This document shows, piece after piece, positions 18,499 through 21,879 of a stretch of 21,879 bases of DNA. Under the pieces are notes generated by a model. That model was not told the origin of the DNA. It saw nothing but the letters and a program-made list of their open reading frames with translations, and did no database searches. Origin of the DNA: a virus (taxonomy: Duplodnaviria > Heunggongvirae > Uroviricota > Caudoviricetes); IMG/VR virus record IMGVR_UViG_2547132415_000014, positions 1 through 21,879 of that record; one strand, written 5' to 3'. Both the position numbers and the translations under genes were made by a program. Position 1 is the first letter of the stretch; every line of letters begins with the position of its first letter.

Positions 18499-18506
18499 CC
18501 CGGCTT
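18487..18506. terminator. candidate bidirectional terminator hairpin (aagccgg-agtgac-ccggctt) between the HExxH gene and the YjzC-like gene
   Basis: 7-bp stem flanked by an A-run on one side and a T-rich stretch on the other, so it reads as a hairpin plus U-tract on both strands (better on the minus strand). Confidence 0.45.
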
Positions 18507-18511
18507 GATTA

Positions 18512-18691
18512 TTACTTTTTGCTGTCTGGAGTTCGCTTATCTAATACCCAGCCATGACCTGGCTTTGTTGTTGGTGGAAGCCTTTCGTTGTCCTTGACGG
18601 TGGCAAAATTGTCTTTCTTACCGCCGCGCGGGCCAACTTCTTGGTATATTCCGCCGTTTTTTCCTGTGTTTTCACCTGGTTTTTTCGCCAT
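18512..18691 (-). CDS. YjzC-like small protein (59 aa)
   Basis: ATG at 18691 preceded by gaggt; product MAKKPGENTGKNGGIYQEVGPRGG...LPPTTKPGHGWVL shows the KPGE/NGGIY/LPPT pattern recalled for the YjzC family; own promoter candidate upstream. Confidence 0.6.
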   Translation of the reverse strand: MAKKPGENTGKNGGIYQEVGPRGGKKDNFATVKDNERLPPTTKPGHGWVLDKRTPDSKK

Positions 18692-18727
18692 GATATACCT
18701 CAACATACACCCGTTATTGGGCGATTA

Positions 18728-18756
18728 AATATTGATCTCATTTTATAAGTAGTCAA
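18728..18756 (-). promoter_or_regulatory. candidate sigma70 promoter for the YjzC-like gene (-35 TTGACT, 17-bp spacer, -10 AATATT)
   Basis: Minus-strand TTGACT (plus 18751-18756) and AATATT (plus 18728-18733) with 17-bp spacing, about 35 nt upstream of the start codon and just downstream of the mnt terminator. Confidence 0.4.
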
Positions 18757-18783
18757 TATGGCCCAGGTAAATGCAAAAATTAA

Positions 18784-18805
18784 CCCACCGTCAGGTGGGT
18801 TTTTT
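18784..18805. terminator. bidirectional intrinsic terminator (cccacc-gtca-ggtggg) flanked by A5 upstream and T6 downstream
   Basis: Perfect 6-bp GC stem; T6 on the + strand (18800-18805) and ttaattttt on the - strand; the hairpin overlaps the mnt stop codon. Confidence 0.7.
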
Positions 18806-19042
18806 GTACAAATCCTTCAGCGTATCAAACACCATCTTCTTAACAAGTTCGGACTGCTCATCAGCGATGCGTTCCGCATCGTCTCGATAGCCTGAAATTT
18901 TGGATGGCTTTGATACAGCATCAGTCACTATCTGAACTAATTCTGAATTAAGAGAGCGGCCATTGGATTTGGCTCGCTGTTTTAGTTTTTCCTTTAATTC
19001 GTAAGGTAGCCGCAGATTAAATTGCGGGTCATCTCTTCCCAT
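18791..19042 (-). CDS. mnt: Mnt repressor (ribbon-helix-helix, Arc/Mnt family)
   Basis: 83-aa product MGRDDPQFNLRLPYELKEKLKQRAKSNGRSLNSELVQIVTDAV...DAERIADEQSELVKKMVFDTLKDLYKKPT, recalled as closely matching P22 Mnt; leftward orientation as in P22 immI. Confidence 0.9.
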   Translation of the reverse strand: MGRDDPQFNLRLPYELKEKLKQRAKSNGRSLNSELVQIVTDAVSKPSKISGYRDDAERIADEQSELVKKMVFDTLKDLYKKPT

Positions 19043-19101
19043 TCTTGATGCCTCGCTTTTGTGAGTGGATCGGCATCTTATTATCTGCTGGTTGCATCCT
19101 C

Positions 19102-19124
19102 AATAAGACCACAGTGGTCGTATT
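19102..19124. promoter_or_regulatory. candidate Mnt operator: near-perfect palindrome centred on 19113 (core GACCACAGTGGTC)
   Basis: 13-bp perfect palindrome 19107-19119 extended to about 21 bp with one mismatched pair; lies in the mnt-tailspike intergenic region, where O_mnt sits in P22. Confidence 0.55.
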
Positions 19125-19189
19125 TTTTTGATTAATAATGCATCACTGTGGCAATGATGCGGCGATTCCTTGTATCTGGAGCAAATTAA

Positions 19190-21247
19190 ATGACAGACAT
19201 TACAGCCAATGTTGTAGTGAGTATGCCTTCGCAACTCTTCACTATGGCTCGTTCTTTTAAAGCCGTAGCCAATGGCAAAATTTATATCGGTAAAATTGAC
19301 ACTGACCCAGTAAATCCTGAAAACCAGATTCAGGTTTGTGTGGAGAATGAAGACGGTTCTCACGTTCCTGTTTCGCAACCAATAATCATTAACGCTGCTG
19401 GATATCCGGTATATAACGGACAGATTGCCAAGTTCGTAACTGTGCAAGGCCATTCTATGGCTGTTTATGATGCGTATGGTGCACAGCAGTTCTATTTTCC
19501 TAATGTGCTGAAGTATGACCCGGATCAGTTAAGACAAGAGTTAGCAACAGAGGGTAATGAAATACTTGTTGACGACTCCCGTATTGCAGTTAAAAGTGTT
19601 CATGTAAATTCAAAACTTAGAACCCAGCACAATAAAAACGCAGAAATAATCACGCCAAATGATTTTATATCAAATTATGACATGATATCTGCAGCTATTA
19701 ACTCTGGAGATAGTGCCGCAGTATTTAATTCCAGGTATGCATTCACAATAACAGTTGGGGAATATGGTAATTTTAAATCTATTAGTGATGCTCTAAACTC
19801 AGCTGTTGCACTGCGTCCACTATGGAAAAATGGCATTGATTTTTGCATAATTAAAATTCTTTCCGGTTTTGTGCTCAATGAGCAAATAGAAATTTCAGCA
19901 GGATGTGACTTATCATGGATTAAAATAATATCAGAAGACTCAGTGGTTTTCTCTGATACCAGTTTGTTTACTAAAACTGTTAGGACGTATTACGAATACA
20001 AATATTTATTTTACATTTGCGATGCAGCAAAAAGTCCTGTATTTGCTATTCAGATTGAAGAAAATAGAGATGATAGCGATGTTTGTGCATTTATTGTAAC
20101 TCAAAAAGCTGAACTTAATTTCTATCCGTATTCAGGTGCTCGAAAGTTCTACGTTGGAATTCATGGTAGCTTTGGTGCAAAAATTAGTGCATATCATACC
20201 GGATGTGCTCCTGATGAGGAAAGTGTTGCTGCATATATGCCAGAAGGGTATTACGTATGTGATTTTTCTTATAGCAGATACTCTTCCCTGCAACTGGTAA
20301 ATAATGTCAAGGCATCAATGCCTGTAAGCAAGTTTGAACGGTGCACAGAGAGTACGGTTGCGTCAGTTAATTGTATTTATAATGTTAAAGCAGATTTTCA
20401 GGGGTCAAGTGCAAGCTATTGTTATATAGGATGGAATGTAAGAGATGGTTCAAATGTTAATATACGCGACCATAAAACTATACATTGCTCATATCGTGGA
20501 TTAACCTGCATTCATACAGCATATGTTGATGCAAGACGACATGACGTTGAAGAAAGTGATGCAGAAACAAGTGGTAAAGTCCTTGAACCAAATATTGAAA
20601 AAGGTTTTTATGGATGTGCACTTGGTGTGCGTATTGATGGTGCGGGTTGTGTTGATGTTGCTGGTAATGATATGCGCAATTGTGGAACAGCCGTTAATGC
20701 AGACACTGGTGCTGTTATTTCAGGAAAGGCTGTAGATATCTCAGGGGCTGAGTTGGGATTTGATTGCCATGCAGGAGCATCTGTTAATTTTCCAAGGCTA
20801 TGGGGTACAGATATAAAAAAATTAATGCACCTCCAAGATGGTGTAAGGTTTAACTCTAATATTTGTCATGTATTTGGTGCAAATCCCACAAAAGATATTA
20901 GATGGATTGATGTAGAGAGATCTGAAGCTTCTTTTATGAATGCAACGCTGGATGCAGATTCAGGATTTATTGCCGACTGTGGTAGTAGGATAACCATTGA
21001 AGGAAGTAAAGTTAAAAACCAAACAATAAGAAGTTTTTTTGGATCACATGTGGCTATAAATAATACTGTTGCTGACAGAACTTATTCAGATATAGCCGAT
21101 GTTCCGCAGTTGACTATTAGTGGAGGATCTTTTATTTCTGCTACAGGATATTCTAATTCTGACTCCAGCCCTCTTAGGTTGAGCACAACACGAAATACAC
21201 TTGGAGTTGGAGGAGCCATATTTTCAACCAATGGGGAAGTTTCATGA
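19190..21247 (+). CDS. tailspike protein: P22 gp9-type N-terminal head-binding domain fused to an unrelated beta-helix-like receptor-binding/depolymerase domain
   Basis: First ~110 aa ([34 protein letters not shown]...NVLKYDPDQ) recalled as P22 tailspike head-binding domain; the rest is unrelated, AT-rich, Cys-rich (~20 Cys) and Asn/Ser/Gly-rich. Confidence 0.9.
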   Translation: MTDITANVVVSMPSQLFTMARSFKAVANGKIYIGKIDTDPVNPENQIQVCVENEDGSHVPVSQPIIINAAGYPVYNGQIAKFVTVQGHSMAVYDAYGAQQFYFPNVLKYDPDQLRQELATEGNEILVDDSRIAVKSVHVNSKLRTQHNKNAEIITPNDFISNYDMISAAINSGDSAAVFNSRYAFTITVGEYGNFKSISDALNSAVALRPLWKNGIDFCIIKILSGFVLNEQIEISAGCDLSWIKIISEDSVVFSDTSLFTKTVRTYYEYKYLFYICDAAKSPVFAIQIEENRDDSDVCAFIVTQKAELNFYPYSGARKFYVGIHGSFGAKISAYHTGCAPDEESVAAYMPEGYYVCDFSYSRYSSLQLVNNVKASMPVSKFERCTESTVASVNCIYNVKADFQGSSASYCYIGWNVRDGSNVNIRDHKTIHCSYRGLTCIHTAYVDARRHDVEESDAETSGKVLEPNIEKGFYGCALGVRIDGAGCVDVAGNDMRNCGTAVNADTGAVISGKAVDISGAELGFDCHAGASVNFPRLWGTDIKKLMHLQDGVRFNSNICHVFGANPTKDIRWIDVERSEASFMNATLDADSGFIADCGSRITIEGSKVKNQTIRSFFGSHVAINNTVADRTYSDIADVPQLTISGGSFISATGYSNSDSSPLRLSTTRNTLGVGGAIFSTNGEVS

Positions 21248-21543
21248 TTAAGAGCATTGATGTCACTCCATTTCTTCACTCGCTTTGCGCTTTTGCGGCT
21301 CAGGTACTGGTTGGTATTTTTACCGGAAACTGGGCTTACGGTGCGATAGCCGGTTGTACGTTCTTCATTGCGCGTGAACACACCCAGGCAGAATATCGCT
21401 GGATAGAAAAGTTTGGGAAAGGGAAACGTGTCAACATGCCGTGGTGGGGAGGTTTTGATCCACGCGTGTGGGATGTGGGAAGTTTGTTGGATTTTTCTTT
21501 CCCAATTATCGGATGCTTATTGGTATGGATTCTTGCATCGTAG
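21244..21543 (+). CDS. small membrane protein (99 aa, two hydrophobic segments), translationally coupled to the tailspike
   Basis: ATG overlaps the tailspike stop (ATGA); hydrophobic segments [30 protein letters not shown] and [19 protein letters not shown]; occupies the slot between tailspike and att that holds conversion genes in P22. Confidence 0.5.
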   Translation: MIKSIDVTPFLHSLCAFAAQVLVGIFTGNWAYGAIAGCTFFIAREHTQAEYRWIEKFGKGKRVNMPWWGGFDPRVWDVGSLLDFSFPIIGCLLVWILAS

Positions 21544-21774
21544 CGAACACATAATTACCGATGAGACAAAACTGAGACACACCAAGCTTTGCACTGGATT
21601 GCAAGGCTTTGTGCTCTTCTATGCTGGGTGGCTACATGTTTGAAGATCGTTGTGCCGTATTTGTGACATACACATGACAACATCATGCATCAACTTTCTG
21701 TTTGTGCCATCAACTATTGCTTGGTGAATGCGGCTAATGCTTGCTAAAACAGATAGTTATGATTGGTGCTACAG

Positions 21775-21820
21775 ATTCGTAATGCGAAGGTCGTAGGTTC
21801 GACTCCTATTATCGGCACCA
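21775..21820 (+). other. attachment-site core: 3' 46 nt of a tRNA-Thr(CGU) gene (thrW-like), anticodon loop to CCA, without the 5' half
   Basis: attcgtaatgcgaaggtcgtaggttcgactcctattatcggcacca contains anticodon CGT in its loop, T-arm GGTTCGACTCC, acceptor 3' strand and CCA; upstream sequence cannot form the 5' half. P22-type phages integrate into thrW. Confidence 0.7.
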
Positions 21821-21879
21821 TTAAAATCAATAAGTTACACATCATTAGTACCTTCCTTATTTTTTGACTGGGACAAATT

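Noticed and set aside
21413-21643. 76-aa + strand ORF overlapping the 3' end of the small membrane protein gene
   Set aside because: Overlaps the coupled membrane-protein ORF in another frame and extends into the att arm; Cys/Trp/His-rich; no SD.
1-21879. CRISPR arrays, insertion sequences, integrase or recombinase genes
   Set aside because: No regularly spaced direct repeats, no terminal inverted repeats flanking a transposase-like ORF, and no integrase-like ORF were seen; the integrase presumably lies at the other end of the element, outside the window.

Overview
The window is the late (right) arm of a mosaic P22-like prophage, with a lambda-type late-control and lysis cassette grafted onto a P22/Sf6-type morphogenesis module. 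Reading on the + strand: the 3' end of a Q-like antiterminator gene, a tR'-type terminator, two tandem phage tRNAs (Asn-GTT, Thr-TGT), then holin S (dual start with sdi hairpin), endolysin R and the Rz/Rz1 spanins. An accessory block follows (Rha-family regulator, Gp49/Sf6-gp66-like protein, 80-aa helical protein), then small and large terminase, portal, scaffold, coat, gp4 adaptor, gp10 hub, a frameshifted free-standing HNH homing endonuclease, gp26 needle, gp14, ejection proteins gp7/gp20/gp16, a tailspike with a P22-type head-binding domain and an unrelated AT-rich Cys-rich receptor-binding domain, a small translationally coupled membrane protein, and an attachment core equal to the 3' 46 nt of a tRNA-Thr(CGU) gene. 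The most interesting locus is the immI-equivalent region between gp16 and the tailspike (17754-19189): an Mnt repressor with its palindromic operator is retained but arc/ant are absent, replaced by three unrelated small genes (a bitopic TM plus coiled-coil protein, an HExxH zincin-like protein, a YjzC-like protein) separated by bidirectional terminators. All assignments are from reading the sequence and recalled family features; no database search was run.
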